This document shows positions 34,598 through 46,279 of a DNA stretch of 64,000 bases, one piece after another. Each line of letters starts with the position of its first letter. Position 1 is the stretch's first letter. The translations under genes were made by a program, and so were the position numbers. Origin of the DNA: an uncultured cyanobacterium (GTDB taxonomy: Bacteria > Cyanobacteriota > Cyanobacteriia > PCC-6307 > Cyanobiaceae). The notes below the pieces were generated by a model. The model was not told the DNA's origin. It worked only from the letters and a program-made list of their open reading frames with translations, and did not search any database. Location: NCBI GenBank assembly GCA_963697335.1, contig CAVONQ010000003.1, positions 60,669-124,668 of the forward strand, in the 5' to 3' direction.

Positions 34598-37417
34598 GTG
34601 GCCGCGGAAGCCGACCAACAGCTTTCGCTCATGCCCGAGCCCGTTCTGCAGGGCTCGCTGTTCGCCGCTGGCCCCGGCCCTGCCCCTGCCGATGCCAGCG
34701 GCGAGGCAGCGGCTGGGGACGCAGCGGCAGGTGAGGGAGGCACGGCATCGGACCCGCTTGCCGCGGCCGCTGCCCGGCCGCGACGGCGGGCGGCGCGAGT
34801 GCGCCCTGCTGGACCTGAGCACGACGAGGCCGCCAGCGCAGACGACGTCCCCCAGGCTCCAGGCACCAGCGCTCCTGGCTCCAGCCTCCCGGGTGCGAGC
34901 GCCCCCGAGAGCGATCTGCCCCCCTGGCACCACCACAGCCTGGTGGAGCCGGCCCGGCTGCCGCCGATGCTGCGCCACTACGTGCAGCTCAAGCGCGACC
35001 ACCCCGAACGGGTGCTGCTCTACCGGCTGGGCGATTTCTTCGAGTGCTTCTTCGAAGACGCCATCACCCTCTCGCGGCTGCTGGAGCTCACCCTCACCGG
35101 CAAGGAGGCCGGCAAAGCCATCGGCCGCGTGCCGATGGCGGGCATCCCCCACCACGCGGCTGAGCGCCACTGCGCCGAACTGGTGCGCCGCGGCTTCAGC
35201 GTGGCCCTCTGCGACCAGCTGGAGAGCACCCCTGCCAAGGGGGAACTGCTGCGCCGGGGCATCACCCGGGTGCTCACTCCGGGCACGGTGATCGAGGAGG
35301 GAATGCTGGCGGCCCGGCGCAACAACTGGCTCTGCGCCGTGGTGCTGGAGCCCCCGGGCAGCGGTGCCCACTGGGGGCTGGCGGTGGCCGATGTGAGCAC
35401 CGGCGAGTTCCGCGTCAGCCAGCAGCAGGGCAGTGATGCCCTGCATCAGGAGCTGCTGCAGGTGGAGGCGGCCGAGGTGCTCTGGCCAGCGATGGCGAGC
35501 GGGGAACCGGCGGCGGCCACAGCCTGGTGTCCGGCGACCCTGCGGCGCACCCCCCTGCCACGCACGCCCTTCGAGACCCCCGAGGCCACGGCCACCCTCA
35601 AGCAGCGCTTCGGCCTGGCCAGCCTCGCTGGCCTCGGCCTGGGGGAGCACCCCCTGGCCCTGCGGGCCGCCGGCGGGCTGGTGGCCTACCTGGATGGCAC
35701 CCAGAGCGGCCAGGTGCCCCTCGATCCCCCCACCACCTGGCACCCCGACGAGGCCCTGGTGCTGGACGCCGCCACCCGCCGCAACCTGGAGCTCACCCGC
35801 ACCCAGCTGAGCGGTGCCTTCGAGGGCTCCCTGCTCTGGGCCCTCGATCGCACCCACACCGCCATGGGGGGGCGCTGCCTGCGGCGCTGGCTGGAGGCCC
35901 CCCTGCTGGATCTGGGCCGGATCGAGGCGCGCCAGACAGCGGTGGGGGAGCTGGTGGGTCAGCGCCCGCTGCGGCTGGCCCTGCGCCGGCTGCTGCGGCC
36001 GATGGGGGATCTGGAGCGCCTGGCGGGCCGCGCCGGCGCCGGCAGTGCCTCGGCCCGGGATCTGGTGGCCCTGGCCGATGGACTGGAACGGCTGCCCCAG
36101 CTCGCCGGCCTGCTGCAGCGCTGCGCTGCCGCCCCCCTGGCGGCCCTGGCGCGGCCCTGGCCGTCGCTCGACGCCCTGGCCGAGGACCTGCGCCATGTGC
36201 TGGTGGAGTCGCCGCCGCTCTCCCTCACGGAGGGGGCCCTGATCCATGACGGCGTCGATCCGCTGCTGGATGGCCTGCGCAACCAGCTCGATGACCAGGA
36301 CGCCTGGCTGGGCCGCCAGGAGGCCGCCGAGCGGGCCGCCAGCGGCATCGCCAGCCTGCGGCTGCAGCACCACCGCACCTTCGGCTACTTCCTGGCGGTG
36401 AGCCGGGCCAAGGCCGCCGCCGTACCGGACCACTGGATCCGCCGCCAGACCCTGGCCAACGAGGAGCGCTTCGTGACGCCCGCCCTCAAGGGCCGCGAGG
36501 CCGAGATCCAGCAGCTGCGGGCCCGCGCCGCCGAGCGGGAGTATGCGCTGTTCTGCCAGCTGCGCGGCCGGGTGGGGGAGCAGGCGGCCGCCATCCGCCA
36601 GGCCGCCCGGCTGGTGGCCGAGCTCGACGCCCTGGTGTCGCTGGCCGAGCTGGCCGCCAGCGGCGGCTACTGCCGCCCGGAGCTCAGCGACAGCCGGGAG
36701 CTCCAGATCGAAGCCGGCCGCCACCCGGTGGTGGAGCAGCTGCTGGTGGAGGAGCCGTTCACCGCCAACGGCATCGCCCTCGGCTGGGAGGGCCAGCCGT
36801 CAGCGCCCGACCTGCTGATCCTCACGGGGCCCAACGCCAGCGGCAAGAGCTGCTACCTGCGCCAGACCGGGCTGCTGCAGCTGATGGCCCAGATGGGCAG
36901 CTGGATTCCGGCCCGCTCGGCCCGGCTCGGCCTCGCCGATCGCATCTTCACTCGCGTCGGCGCCGGCGATGACCTGGCCGCCGGCCAGTCCACCTTCATG
37001 GTGGAGATGGCCGAAACCGCCAACATCCTTCACCACGCCACGGCCCGCTCACTGGTGCTGCTGGATGAGATCGGCCGCGGCACCGCCACCTTCGATGGCC
37101 TCTCGATCGCCTGGGCCGTGGCCGAGGAACTGGCCCAGGGCATCGGTGCCCGCAGCGTCTTCGCCACCCACTACCACGAGCTCAACGAGCTGGCCGAGCT
37201 GCTGCCCAACGTGGCCAACGCCCAGGTGCTCGTCGAGGAAACCGGCAGCGACCTGCGCTTCCTGCACCGGGTGGTGCCCGGCGGCGCCAGTCGCAGCTAC
37301 GGCATCGAGGCGGCCCGCCTGGCCGGCATTCCCGCCTCGGTGCTGCTGCGGGCCCGCCAGGTGCTGAGCCGCATCGAGGCCAACAGCCACGTGCGGGTGG
37401 GTCAGGACGCCGCCTGA
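34598..37417 (+). CDS. mutS: DNA mismatch repair protein MutS (start uncertain)
   Basis: [41 protein letters not shown]. Confidence 0.96.
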   Translation: MAAEADQQLSLMPEPVLQGSLFAAGPGPAPADASGEAAAGDAAAGEGGTASDPLAAAAARPRRRAARVRPAGPEHDEAASADDVPQAPGTSAPGSSLPGASAPESDLPPWHHHSLVEPARLPPMLRHYVQLKRDHPERVLLYRLGDFFECFFEDAITLSRLLELTLTGKEAGKAIGRVPMAGIPHHAAERHCAELVRRGFSVALCDQLESTPAKGELLRRGITRVLTPGTVIEEGMLAARRNNWLCAVVLEPPGSGAHWGLAVADVSTGEFRVSQQQGSDALHQELLQVEAAEVLWPAMASGEPAAATAWCPATLRRTPLPRTPFETPEATATLKQRFGLASLAGLGLGEHPLALRAAGGLVAYLDGTQSGQVPLDPPTTWHPDEALVLDAATRRNLELTRTQLSGAFEGSLLWALDRTHTAMGGRCLRRWLEAPLLDLGRIEARQTAVGELVGQRPLRLALRRLLRPMGDLERLAGRAGAGSASARDLVALADGLERLPQLAGLLQRCAAAPLAALARPWPSLDALAEDLRHVLVESPPLSLTEGALIHDGVDPLLDGLRNQLDDQDAWLGRQEAAERAASGIASLRLQHHRTFGYFLAVSRAKAAAVPDHWIRRQTLANEERFVTPALKGREAEIQQLRARAAEREYALFCQLRGRVGEQAAAIRQAARLVAELDALVSLAELAASGGYCRPELSDSRELQIEAGRHPVVEQLLVEEPFTANGIALGWEGQPSAPDLLILTGPNASGKSCYLRQTGLLQLMAQMGSWIPARSARLGLADRIFTRVGAGDDLAAGQSTFMVEMAETANILHHATARSLVLLDEIGRGTATFDGLSIAWAVAEELAQGIGARSVFATHYHELNELAELLPNVANAQVLVEETGSDLRFLHRVVPGGASRSYGIEAARLAGIPASVLLRARQVLSRIEANSHVRVGQDAA

Positions 37418-38133
37418 CGGCAGCCGGCCCGCAGCAGGGCGTTGCAGGCCGCCCCCACCAGGGCGGCACCGCCCCGGGAGCCCTCCAGCCGCACCTGGGC
37501 CAGGCCACTGGCGCCGAGGTGACGCTTGCTCTCCGCCACCCCCACGAACCCCACCGGCATGCCGATCACCAGGGCCGGCGCCGGCACCACGCCGGCGGCC
37601 ACCAGCTCCAGCAGCCGCTCCAGGGCCGTGGGAGCACTGCCCACCAGCACCACCAGGCCCGGGCCGAGGGCCGCCAGGGCGCTCTCCATGCCCACAGCCG
37701 TGCGGGTGCTGCCCCCGGGCGCCTGCGCTGGTGCCCAGGCGAGCACGCTGTGCACTGGATTGCGGAAGCTGCGGGCCGCCATCGGTGCCACCGCCGCCGC
37801 GGCCATGGCCGTGTCGGTGAGGATGGCGCCACCGGCGGCCAGGGCGGCGGCGCCGGCGGCGCAGGCCCCCGGGCTGAAGCGCAGATCCGCGGCGATCGAG
37901 AGGTCGCCACTGCTGTGGATGCAGCGCTCCAGCACGGCCAGCTCGAGGGGATCGGCGGGGCAGGCCACAGCGCGCTCGGCCAGTTCGGCCCGGATCAGCC
38001 GCAGGCTCTCGAGAAAAATCGGGTGATCCTGGAGGATGGGGAGATCGATGGAACTGGGATCGGGCGGGAGCGCACTGACCTGACCGCCCTCGCAGCCATG
38101 GCGCCCCCCAACCCTATGCACGTCCTTCGCCAT
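37402..38133 (-). CDS. cobH: Precorrin-8X methylmutase (start uncertain)
   Basis: [40 protein letters not shown]. Confidence 0.9.
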   Translation of the reverse strand: MAKDVHRVGGRHGCEGGQVSALPPDPSSIDLPILQDHPIFLESLRLIRAELAERAVACPADPLELAVLERCIHSSGDLSIAADLRFSPGACAAGAAALAAGGAILTDTAMAAAAVAPMAARSFRNPVHSVLAWAPAQAPGGSTRTAVGMESALAALGPGLVVLVGSAPTALERLLELVAAGVVPAPALVIGMPVGFVGVAESKRHLGASGLAQVRLEGSRGGAALVGAACNALLRAGCRQAAS

Positions 38134-39181
38134 GCCGATCCACCTGCTCTGGGGCGATGACGAGGCCGCCCGGGGCCGGGCCGTGGATGGCCTGATTGCG
38201 CGGCTGGTGGACCCCGCCTGGGCCTCGATCAACCTCAGCCGGCTGGATGGCCAGGATCCCGCCCAGGCGGCGCAGGCGCTAGGGGAGGCGCGCACCGCTC
38301 CGCTGGGGGCGGGGGCGCGGCTGGTGCTGCTGCAGCGGAGCCCGTTCTGCAATCAGTGCCCCGCCGACCTGGCCGATCAGCTCGAGGCCACCCTGCCGCT
38401 GGTGCCGGAGAGCTGCCATCTGCTGCTGGTGAACACGGCCAAGCCGGATGGCCGCCTGCGCACCACCAAGGCGCTGCAGAAGCTGGTGAAGCAGGGCCAG
38501 GGCGAGGAGCAGGCCTTCCCCCTGCCGGCGATCTGGGATGGTGCCGGCCAGCTGGAGCTGGTGCAGCGCACCGCCCGGGAGCTGGGCCTGCAGCTGCAGC
38601 CTGGCGCCGCCGAGGCCCTCAGCGAAGCCATCGGCAGCGACAGCGCCCGGCTGGCCAGCGAGCTGGAGAAGCTCGGGCTCTACTGCCAGGGCGCGCCGGC
38701 CGCCGAAGGAGCACTCCAGCCCGGCGCAACGATCAGCGTGGAGGCCGTGCGGGCCCTGGTGGGGGGCCAGAGCACCAGCGCCCTGGCCGTGGGCGATGCC
38801 CTGCTGCAGGAGCGGCCCGCCGAGGCGATCGCCCTGCTGGATGCCCTGATCGAGGCGGGCGAACCGGCCCTGCGCATCGTGGCCACCCTCTCCAGCCAGA
38901 TCCGGGGCTGGCTGTGGGTGTGCCTGCTGGATCAGCGCGGTGAGCAGGACGTGGCCGTGATCGCCAAGGCGGCCGGCATCGGCAATCCGCGCCGCATCTA
39001 TGTGATGCGCAAACAGATCAGGGGCATCCCCGGCTCCCGCTTCCTGGCCCTGCTGGCACGGTTGCTGGAGGTGGAGGCCGCCCTCAAGCGCGGCACGGCC
39101 CCCGCGGATGCCTTCCGCGATGGCTTTCTGCTCGGCGCCGCCGCCCAGGAGCTCGCCCCGGCGCAGGGCCGCAGTCGATAA
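38132..39181 (+). CDS. holA: DNA polymerase III delta subunit
   Basis: [10 protein letters not shown], cyanobacterial HolA motifs (KPDGRL, SELEKL, GIGNPRRIY). Confidence 0.92.
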   Translation: MPIHLLWGDDEAARGRAVDGLIARLVDPAWASINLSRLDGQDPAQAAQALGEARTAPLGAGARLVLLQRSPFCNQCPADLADQLEATLPLVPESCHLLLVNTAKPDGRLRTTKALQKLVKQGQGEEQAFPLPAIWDGAGQLELVQRTARELGLQLQPGAAEALSEAIGSDSARLASELEKLGLYCQGAPAAEGALQPGATISVEAVRALVGGQSTSALAVGDALLQERPAEAIALLDALIEAGEPALRIVATLSSQIRGWLWVCLLDQRGEQDVAVIAKAAGIGNPRRIYVMRKQIRGIPGSRFLALLARLLEVEAALKRGTAPADAFRDGFLLGAAAQELAPAQGRSR

Positions 39182-39241
39182 TCGGCCGTTGGGATCACCC
39201 CTGGGCCCCACCCCGATTCCCCACCCCGATCCCTCAACCCC

Positions 39242-41125
39242 ATGGCCCTGCTGGTTCAGAAGTTCGGCGGCACCTCGGTGGCCGACGTGGCACGGATCCA
39301 GGCGGTGGCCCGCAGGGTGGCGCAGTGCCGCGATGAGGGCCATGAGCTGGTGGTGGTGGTGTCGGCCATGGGCCACACCACCGATGAACTCTCCAGCCTG
39401 GCCCGGGCGATCAGCAGCGATCCACCCCAGCGGGAGATGGACATGCTGCTGGCCACCGGGGAGCAGGTGTCGATCGCGCTGCTGGCGATGGCCCTTCACA
39501 CCGAGGGCGTGCCGGCGGTGTCCATGACCGGCACCCAGGCGGGGATTGTGACGGAGTCGGCCCATGGCCGCGCCCGCATCCTCGAGATCCGCACGGAACG
39601 GCTGCAGCGCCTGCTGGGTGAGGGCCAGGTGGTGGTGGTGGCGGGCTTTCAGGGCACCAGCAGCGGCCTGGCCGGCACGCCGGAGATCACAACCCTTGGC
39701 CGGGGCGGCTCCGACACCTCCGCCGTGGCCCTGGCCGCCGCCCTGGGCGCCGAAGCCTGCGAGATCTACACCGACGTGCCCGGGGTGCTCACCACTGACC
39801 CCCGCAAGGTGCCGGATGCCCAGCTGATGTCGGAGGTGAGCTGCAACGAGATGCTGGAGCTGGCCAGCCTCGGAGCCGCGGTGCTGCATCCCAGGGCGGT
39901 GGAGATCGCCCGCAACTACGGGGTGCCGCTGGTGGTGCGCTCCAGCTGGAGCGAGGCGCCGGGCACCCGGCTCACCAGCGGCGCACCGCAGCCGATCGGG
40001 CAGGGCGGCCTGGAGCTGGGCAAGCCGGTGGATGGCGCCGATCTCGAGAGCCGCCAGGCCGTGGTGGCACTCTCCCACGTGCCGGATCGCCCCGGGGTGG
40101 CGGCCCAGCTGTTCGAGGCCCTCGGAGCGGCGGCCCTCAACGTGGACCTGATCGTGCAGGCAACCCATGTGGGCACCACGGATGAGGCCTGCAGCTTCAC
40201 CAACGACATCGCCTTCACCCTGCCCGAGGCCGACCTGGAGCGGGCCCAGCTGGTGTGCCGCGAGGTGCTGGCCGGCATGGGCGCTGAGCTCGGGGCCGGA
40301 GCCGCCACCCTCAGTGGCGAAGCGGGCCTGGCCAAGCTGAGCATCTCCGGCGCCGGCATCATGGGGCGCCCCGGAGTGGCGGCGCGGCTATTCGACACCC
40401 TGGCCCGCTACGGCATCAACCTGCGGCTGATCGCCACCAGCGAGGTGAAGGTGAGCTGCCTGGTGGCAGGCGACCAGGGCAGCCGCGCCCTGCGGGCGGC
40501 CGCCGAGGCCTTTGAGCTGCAGGAGAGCCAGCTGCGCCACGACCCACCCCCCTGCCACAGCGGCGAGGCGGCCGTGCGGGGCGTCGCCCTCGACACCGGA
40601 CAGGTGCAGGTGGCCGTGCGCCAGGTGCCGGACCGCCCCGGCACCGCTGCCGCCGTGTGCAGGGCCCTCGCCGATGCCGGCATCAGCCTCGATGCGATCG
40701 TGCAGTCGGAGCGCACGGGCTTCAGCGCCAACCAGATCACCCGGGACATGAGCTTCACCTTGCGGCGCGACGATCGCGGCCAGGCCGAACAGGCCCTCGG
40801 GCCCCTGCTGGGCCAGTGGCCCGGCTCCCGCTTCGAGGAAGGAGCAGCCATCGCCCGGGTGAGCGCCGTGGGCGCCGGCATGCCCTGCACCCCGGGCACC
40901 GCCGCGCGCATGTTCCGCTGCCTGGCAGAGGCCGGCATCAACATCGAGCTGATCGCCACCAGTGAGATCCGCACCAGCTGCGTGGTGGCGGCCGAGCAGG
41001 GGGTGGCGGCCGTCCAGGCCGTGCACCACGCCTTCGATCTCGGCGGCAGCACCACCCACCGGGCCGAGGGCAGCGAGGCCCCGGAACTCAGGCCCGGCCC
41101 ACCAGCTTCTGCCGCAGCCCCTTGA
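39242..41125 (+). CDS. lysC: Aspartate kinase (cyanobacterial, four ACT domains)
   Basis: [29 protein letters not shown] repeats, TSEVK/TSEIR. Confidence 0.96.
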   Translation: MALLVQKFGGTSVADVARIQAVARRVAQCRDEGHELVVVVSAMGHTTDELSSLARAISSDPPQREMDMLLATGEQVSIALLAMALHTEGVPAVSMTGTQAGIVTESAHGRARILEIRTERLQRLLGEGQVVVVAGFQGTSSGLAGTPEITTLGRGGSDTSAVALAAALGAEACEIYTDVPGVLTTDPRKVPDAQLMSEVSCNEMLELASLGAAVLHPRAVEIARNYGVPLVVRSSWSEAPGTRLTSGAPQPIGQGGLELGKPVDGADLESRQAVVALSHVPDRPGVAAQLFEALGAAALNVDLIVQATHVGTTDEACSFTNDIAFTLPEADLERAQLVCREVLAGMGAELGAGAATLSGEAGLAKLSISGAGIMGRPGVAARLFDTLARYGINLRLIATSEVKVSCLVAGDQGSRALRAAAEAFELQESQLRHDPPPCHSGEAAVRGVALDTGQVQVAVRQVPDRPGTAAAVCRALADAGISLDAIVQSERTGFSANQITRDMSFTLRRDDRGQAEQALGPLLGQWPGSRFEEGAAIARVSAVGAGMPCTPGTAARMFRCLAEAGINIELIATSEIRTSCVVAAEQGVAAVQAVHHAFDLGGSTTHRAEGSEAPELRPGPPASAAAP

Positions 41126-43097
41126 TGCGGTCCCGCAGGTTGGCGGCCTCCTCGAACTCCAGGTTCTTGGCCGCCGTTTTCATTCTGTCCTCGAGCTGCT
41201 GAATCAGTTCCGGCAGGGCATCGAGGGGAACGGCGTTGTGCTCGGCCTGATCCGTGGCCTGCTCCAGCTGCTCGTCGTTGAGACGCCTCGACACTTCCAG
41301 GGAAGCCAGGATGGAGTTCCCAGCCCGCTTGCCTGCGGGCTTTGGGGTGATGCCGTGCTTCAGGTTGTAGGCGTGCTGAATGGCACGGCGGCGTTCGGTC
41401 TCGCCGATGGCCTTGACCATTGAATCGGTGAGGTTTTCGGCGTACAGCAAGGCCTTGCCCTCCACATGGCGGGCGGCGCGGCCGATCGTCTGGATCAGGG
41501 AGCGCTCGGCCCGCAGGAAGCCCTCCTTGTCGGCATCGAGGATCGCCACCAACGACACCTCCGGCAGGTCCAGGCCCTCGCGCAGCAGGTTCACCCCCAC
41601 CAGCACGTCGTACTCGCCATTGCGCAGATCCTGGATGATCTCGATGCGCTCGATCGAGTGGATCTCGGAGTGCAGATAGCGCACCCGCACCCCGTTCTCG
41701 GCCAGATAATCGGTGAGGTCCTCGGCCATGCGCTTGGTGAGCGTGGTCACCAGCACCCGCTCCTGCTTGTCGGCGCGCTGGCGGATCTCGCCGAGCAGGT
41801 CGTCCACCTGGCCCTCGGTGGGGCGCACCTCCACCACGGGATCGAGCACGCCGGTGGGGCGGATCACCTGCTCCACCACCTGGCCGCGGCTCTCGGCCAG
41901 CTCCCACTGGCCGGGGGTGGCGCTCACGAAGATGGTCTGGCGGGCCTTCTGCCAGAACTCCTCGCCCTTGAGGGGCCGGTTGTCAGCGGCGCTGGGCAGG
42001 CGGAAGCCGTGCTCCACAAGCACCTGCTTGCGGCTCTGGTCGCCGTTGTACATGGCCTGGAGCTGGGAACAGGTGACGTGGCTCTCATCCACCACCAGCA
42101 GCCAGTCGTCGGGGAAGTAGTCGATCAGGCACTCGGGCGGGGTGCCGGCCTGGCGGCCGGCGAGATGGCGGGCGTAGTTCTCCACGCCGTTGCAGTAGCC
42201 CACCTGCTCCAGCATCTCCAGGTCGTAGGTGGTGCGCTGCTCCAGCCGCTGGGCCTCCAGCAGCCGCCCCTGGCCGTTGAGCAGATCGAGCCGCTCATGC
42301 AGTTCGCGGCGGATCGCAGCAATGGCCTCCGACAGCCGCTCCTTGGGGGTCACGAAGTGCTTGGCCGGATAGATGTTGATCGTGTCGAGGCTCTGCAGGA
42401 TCTCGCCGGTGGTGGGATCCACATAGCGGATCGCCTCCACGTCATCGCCGAACAGCTCGATCCGCACCAGGCGGTCTTCGTAGGCCGGGCCGATCTCCAG
42501 CACATCGCCCCGCACCCGGAAGCGGCCGCGGGAGATCTCAATGTCGTTGCGGGAGTACTGGTTGTTGACCAGGTCGCGCAGGGAGGCGCGCAGGTTGAGC
42601 GTGTCGCCCACCTGGAATTTCACCGCGGCCTTGAGGTATTCGCTGGGGATGCCAAGGCCGTAGATGCAGCTGATCGAGGCCACCACGATCACATCACGGC
42701 GCTCGAAGAGGGAGCGGGTGGCGGAGTGGCGCAGCATGTCGATCTCTTCGTTGATCGACGCCGTCTTGGCGATGTAGGTGTCGGAGACGGGCACATAGGC
42801 CTCCGGCTGGTAGTAGTCGTAGTAGGAGATGAAGTATTCGACGGCATTGTTCGGGAAGAACTCCCGCAGCTCGTTGCAGAGCTGGGCCGCCAGGGTCTTG
42901 TTGTGGGCCAGCACCAGGGTGGGGCGCCCCGTGCTGGCGATCACATTGGCGATCGTGAAGGTCTTGCCGGTGCCGGTGGCCCCCAGCAGGGTCTGATAAC
43001 GCTCACCCCCTTCCACGCCCTGCACCAGGCCTGCGATCGCCGTGGGCTGATCGCCCTTGGGCTTGTAGGGGGCGTGAAGCTCGAAGGGAACCGTCAT
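41088..43097 (-). CDS. uvrB: Excinuclease ABC subunit B
   Basis: [39 protein letters not shown]. Confidence 0.98.
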   Translation of the reverse strand: MTVPFELHAPYKPKGDQPTAIAGLVQGVEGGERYQTLLGATGTGKTFTIANVIASTGRPTLVLAHNKTLAAQLCNELREFFPNNAVEYFISYYDYYQPEAYVPVSDTYIAKTASINEEIDMLRHSATRSLFERRDVIVVASISCIYGLGIPSEYLKAAVKFQVGDTLNLRASLRDLVNNQYSRNDIEISRGRFRVRGDVLEIGPAYEDRLVRIELFGDDVEAIRYVDPTTGEILQSLDTINIYPAKHFVTPKERLSEAIAAIRRELHERLDLLNGQGRLLEAQRLEQRTTYDLEMLEQVGYCNGVENYARHLAGRQAGTPPECLIDYFPDDWLLVVDESHVTCSQLQAMYNGDQSRKQVLVEHGFRLPSAADNRPLKGEEFWQKARQTIFVSATPGQWELAESRGQVVEQVIRPTGVLDPVVEVRPTEGQVDDLLGEIRQRADKQERVLVTTLTKRMAEDLTDYLAENGVRVRYLHSEIHSIERIEIIQDLRNGEYDVLVGVNLLREGLDLPEVSLVAILDADKEGFLRAERSLIQTIGRAARHVEGKALLYAENLTDSMVKAIGETERRRAIQHAYNLKHGITPKPAGKRAGNSILASLEVSRRLNDEQLEQATDQAEHNAVPLDALPELIQQLEDRMKTAAKNLEFEEAANLRDRIKGLRQKLVGRA

Positions 43098-43185
43098 GTT
43101 GCCCATTGTTGGCGAGCCGGGCCCGCCGCCGCGGTGCCGAGAGCAGCGAAATGGCCGCCCCCCCGGACGCCCCCAGGACCGCGGG

Positions 43186-43614
43186 TCAGCCCGCAGCCAC
43201 CTGGCTCATCAGCGCCGAGACGCGGGTGAAGTCCACATCGAGGCCCAGCAGGCGCAGGATCACCGTCGACAGCACCGCGTACACCACCGCCCCAAGCACG
43301 GCGCTGAGCAGACCTCGGCGCAGCCGGAAGCCCTGGATCAGCCAGGCCGCCAGACCGAACAGGATGACGGTGATCAGCCAGTTGAACAGCAGGGTCACCG
43401 GGCTGATCAGCCCTCCCAGGCTGGCAACGGCCCAAGGCAGTGCCAGCACTGCCTTGAGCGGAATGATCAGCAGAGTGCCCAGCAGGCCGATCACCACCGC
43501 AGCCAGCAGGGCGATCGGGAAGCTCTCGATCTCAACCCCCAGGGGAAGCCAGGCGACGATCAGCAGAACCAGAGCACGGATCGGCCACTGCAGCAGCCAG
43601 ACGAGGGAACCCAT
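43186..43614 (-). CDS. 4-TM membrane protein (YvlD / 'phage holin family'-like)
   Basis: Four hydrophobic segments, [14 protein letters not shown]. Confidence 0.75.
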   Translation of the reverse strand: MGSLVWLLQWPIRALVLLIVAWLPLGVEIESFPIALLAAVVIGLLGTLLIIPLKAVLALPWAVASLGGLISPVTLLFNWLITVILFGLAAWLIQGFRLRRGLLSAVLGAVVYAVLSTVILRLLGLDVDFTRVSALMSQVAAG

Positions 43615-43666
43615 GACAGATCAGGTGGAGCCACTGAAACGTAGGCCTGGCCACGCCCGCTGGCAC

Positions 43667-44470
43667 TCAGTTGTGACTGAGGGTTGCCTCCACCGGGCGG
43701 GGCAGGGCTGCCCGCAACTCCCGCACCACCAGCGCCATGGCCCAGGCGTCGTCCAGCCGGTTCACGGCGGAGCCCACACCCACCCCAGCGGCACCGGCCG
43801 CCACGGCGAGGGGCAGGGTGACGGCCGAGAGGCCCGAGGCGCAGAGCACCGGCGCGACAGGCGCTTCCCGATCGGCGGCGGCGGCCAGGGCCCGGCTGAT
43901 GGCATGGGTGGCCGCCAGGGTGGGGGCCGCCTTTTCGATCAGGCCCAGGACACCAGGGCTGAAGGGGCGGGCGCTGGTGCCTCCCTCGGTCTGAATCAGG
44001 TCGGCGCCGGCGGCCACCAGGTCGAGGGCCAGCTGCTCCTGCTGATCCAGGGGCAGCACGTGCGGCACCGTGACGGACAGCACCACCTGGGGCAGCAGCT
44101 CCCTAGTGCGACGGGTGATCGCCAGCACCTCATCGGCCTCGAAGCGGCGACCGAGGGGGTAGAAGGCGTCGTAGTTGCCGATCTCCACCATCGCCGCGCC
44201 AGCGGCCACGGCGGCGGGGAACAGCTCCGGATCCACCGCTGACACGCAGATCGGCAGACCGGACTCGGCAGTAGCCCGCCGCACCAGCGCCGGGTCACAG
44301 GCCACGTCGATCAGGTCGGCACCCCCCTCAGCTGCCGCCTGGCTGATGCGCTCCACGGCGGCGGCATCGAAGTTGGTGAGGCCGGCGATCACCTTGATCA
44401 GGCGATGCTCCGCCAGGGCACTCCGCAGCGGAGCAGGCAACTGGGCAAGGCGGGAGGGGCCGGACGACAT
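43667..44470 (-). CDS. ycf23: DUF561 / Ycf23 family protein
   Basis: KVIAGLTNFD, PICVSAV, EIGNYDAFY, IQTEGG, GVGVGSAVN. Confidence 0.88.
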   Translation of the reverse strand: MSSGPSRLAQLPAPLRSALAEHRLIKVIAGLTNFDAAAVERISQAAAEGGADLIDVACDPALVRRATAESGLPICVSAVDPELFPAAVAAGAAMVEIGNYDAFYPLGRRFEADEVLAITRRTRELLPQVVLSVTVPHVLPLDQQEQLALDLVAAGADLIQTEGGTSARPFSPGVLGLIEKAAPTLAATHAISRALAAAADREAPVAPVLCASGLSAVTLPLAVAAGAAGVGVGSAVNRLDDAWAMALVVRELRAALPRPVEATLSHN

Positions 44471-44525
44471 CGCAGGAACAGCTGCACAGTGGAGTCATCC
44501 TCCCACCTGAACCCCCGTCGTCAGG

Positions 44526-45614
44526 GTGTCCGATCCCCAGCCCCAGCCCAGCGCCGCGGCCGACTGGAGCGCCGATCACCTCCGCCTGCATCGCCACCTG
44601 CGGCGCCATCCGGCCCTCCTGCCCGATGGGGCCTGCCTGCTGCTGGCTGTTTCCGGCGGCCAGGACTCCATGGCCCTGGTGGCGCTGCTCATCGCCCTGC
44701 GGCGGCTACACGGCTGGCGGCTGCACCTCTGGCACGGCGATCACGGCTGGCGGCCCGAATCAGGCCGAACGGCGCAGCAGCTGGCGGCCTGGGCCGCCGG
44801 GCAGGGCCTGCCCCTGCTCGGGGAGCGCTGGCGGCCCGAGGCAACGGAGCCTTCCACCAGCCGCGGCACTGGCGACACCCCCAGCGAGGCCGCTGGCCGG
44901 GCGTGGCGCTACGGGCAGCTGGGGATCTGCGCCGCAGCGCTCGGGGCCAGCCGGGTGGTGACGGGCCACACCGCCAGCGACCGGGCCGAGACGCTGCTGT
45001 TCAACCTGGCCCGGGGAACCCACCGCCGGGGTCTGGCCAGCCTGCGCGGCCTGCGTGCCCTGGAGGGCGAGCGGCAGCTGGCCCGGCCCCTGCTGCTGTT
45101 CAGCCGTGCCGACACCGGCCGGCTCTGCCGACAGCTGCAGCTGCCGGTGTGGCCTGACCCCAGCAACGACGACCGGCGCTACAGCCGCAACCGGCTGCGG
45201 CAGGAGGTGCTGCCGGTGCTGGAGGCTCTGCATCCCGGCGCCGCCCGGCGCCTGGCCGCCCTGGCCGAGCAACTCGCCGCCGATGACGACGCCCAGGAGG
45301 AACTGCTGTCTCTGGCGCTGGCCGCCCTGGGAGCCAAGGCGAGCGCTGGCGCTGGGGACAATCAGCAGCTGCCCCTCGCCCCCCTGCGCGCCCTGCAGCG
45401 CGCCAACCAGGGCGCCCTGCTGCAGCACTGGCTCAGCCACCACCTGGGGGAGCGGCTCGGCCGCCGCAGCCTCAACACGTTGCTCGATCGCCTAGCCACA
45501 GGGCCCGGGGCAGGCACCCTGCAGCTGGCCGGTGGGTGGCGCCTGCAGTGGGAGCGCAGCACACTGGTTCTCACCCGATCGCCAGCAGCCGAGATCCATG
45601 GCCGAGATCCATGA
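44526..45614 (+). CDS. tilS: tRNA(Ile)-lysidine synthase
   Basis: AVSGGQDS, DHGWR, GHTASDRAET, DPSN, RNRLR. Confidence 0.95.
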   Translation: MSDPQPQPSAAADWSADHLRLHRHLRRHPALLPDGACLLLAVSGGQDSMALVALLIALRRLHGWRLHLWHGDHGWRPESGRTAQQLAAWAAGQGLPLLGERWRPEATEPSTSRGTGDTPSEAAGRAWRYGQLGICAAALGASRVVTGHTASDRAETLLFNLARGTHRRGLASLRGLRALEGERQLARPLLLFSRADTGRLCRQLQLPVWPDPSNDDRRYSRNRLRQEVLPVLEALHPGAARRLAALAEQLAADDDAQEELLSLALAALGAKASAGAGDNQQLPLAPLRALQRANQGALLQHWLSHHLGERLGRRSLNTLLDRLATGPGAGTLQLAGGWRLQWERSTLVLTRSPAAEIHGRDP

Positions 45615-46266
45615 CTCCCATGAGCAGCGCTATGCCGCGATCGAGCGGGTCTACAGCGAACGCCAGTGGGCCGAGGTGGAGTCCCTGGGGGAGGCGCTGC
45701 TGGTGGACCTTCCCGACGATCCGGCTGACCCCCTGCGCCTGCGGGTGATCCTGCTGCTGGGCCACACCCGGCTGTACGGCATGGGGGATGTGGACACGGC
45801 CAAGGGGTACTACCGCGCCCTGCTGCGCCGCTGCACTGATCCAAGCCTGACTCAGATCGCCGAGCAGGGCCTGGAGGACTGCGGCGTGGTGGCCCGCCAG
45901 CAGGAGAGGGGCCCGCATCGCCCCGGTGAACCACAAGCCCCTGCGGACGAGGTCCAGGCCACCTCCTCAGGGGCAGCCATGCCCTGGCTCGACCAGCTGG
46001 ATGGGGGCCCGGGTTCTAAGCCTCCGACTGGGGACCCATTGCTGGCTGATCTGATTGCCGTGGAGGTGATTGAGGAGCCCGAGCAGATGGAGGTGGCCCA
46101 GGCTGATCCCGAGCGGCGGCAGGTGGTGGAAATGCGGGAAGTGGAGCGGCTGCAATCGGCCGGCGATCTGCTGGAGGCCCTACGCCTTCCGGATGAGGCC
46201 ATCGGATTCAGCCCCGAGGAGATCAAGGAGCTCTCCCGGGGCCTGCTTCACGTGAGACTGGGCTGA
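45598..46266 (+). CDS. Hypothetical protein (TPR-like helical N-terminus, acidic C-terminus)
   Basis: 222 aa; LLLGHTRLYG....AKGYY; C-terminal ELSRGLLHVRLG. Confidence 0.7.
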   Translation: MAEIHDSHEQRYAAIERVYSERQWAEVESLGEALLVDLPDDPADPLRLRVILLLGHTRLYGMGDVDTAKGYYRALLRRCTDPSLTQIAEQGLEDCGVVARQQERGPHRPGEPQAPADEVQATSSGAAMPWLDQLDGGPGSKPPTGDPLLADLIAVEVIEEPEQMEVAQADPERRQVVEMREVERLQSAGDLLEALRLPDEAIGFSPEEIKELSRGLLHVRLG

Positions 46267-46279
46267 AGCCCAGCCGAGC

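Noticed and set aside
41088..41125. 3' overlap of lysC and uvrB (also mutS and cobH)
   Set aside because: Short convergent overlaps are routine in compact picocyanobacterial genomes
43186..43614. 'Phage holin' as a sign of a prophage
   Set aside because: Common chromosomal membrane family; no phage genes nearby
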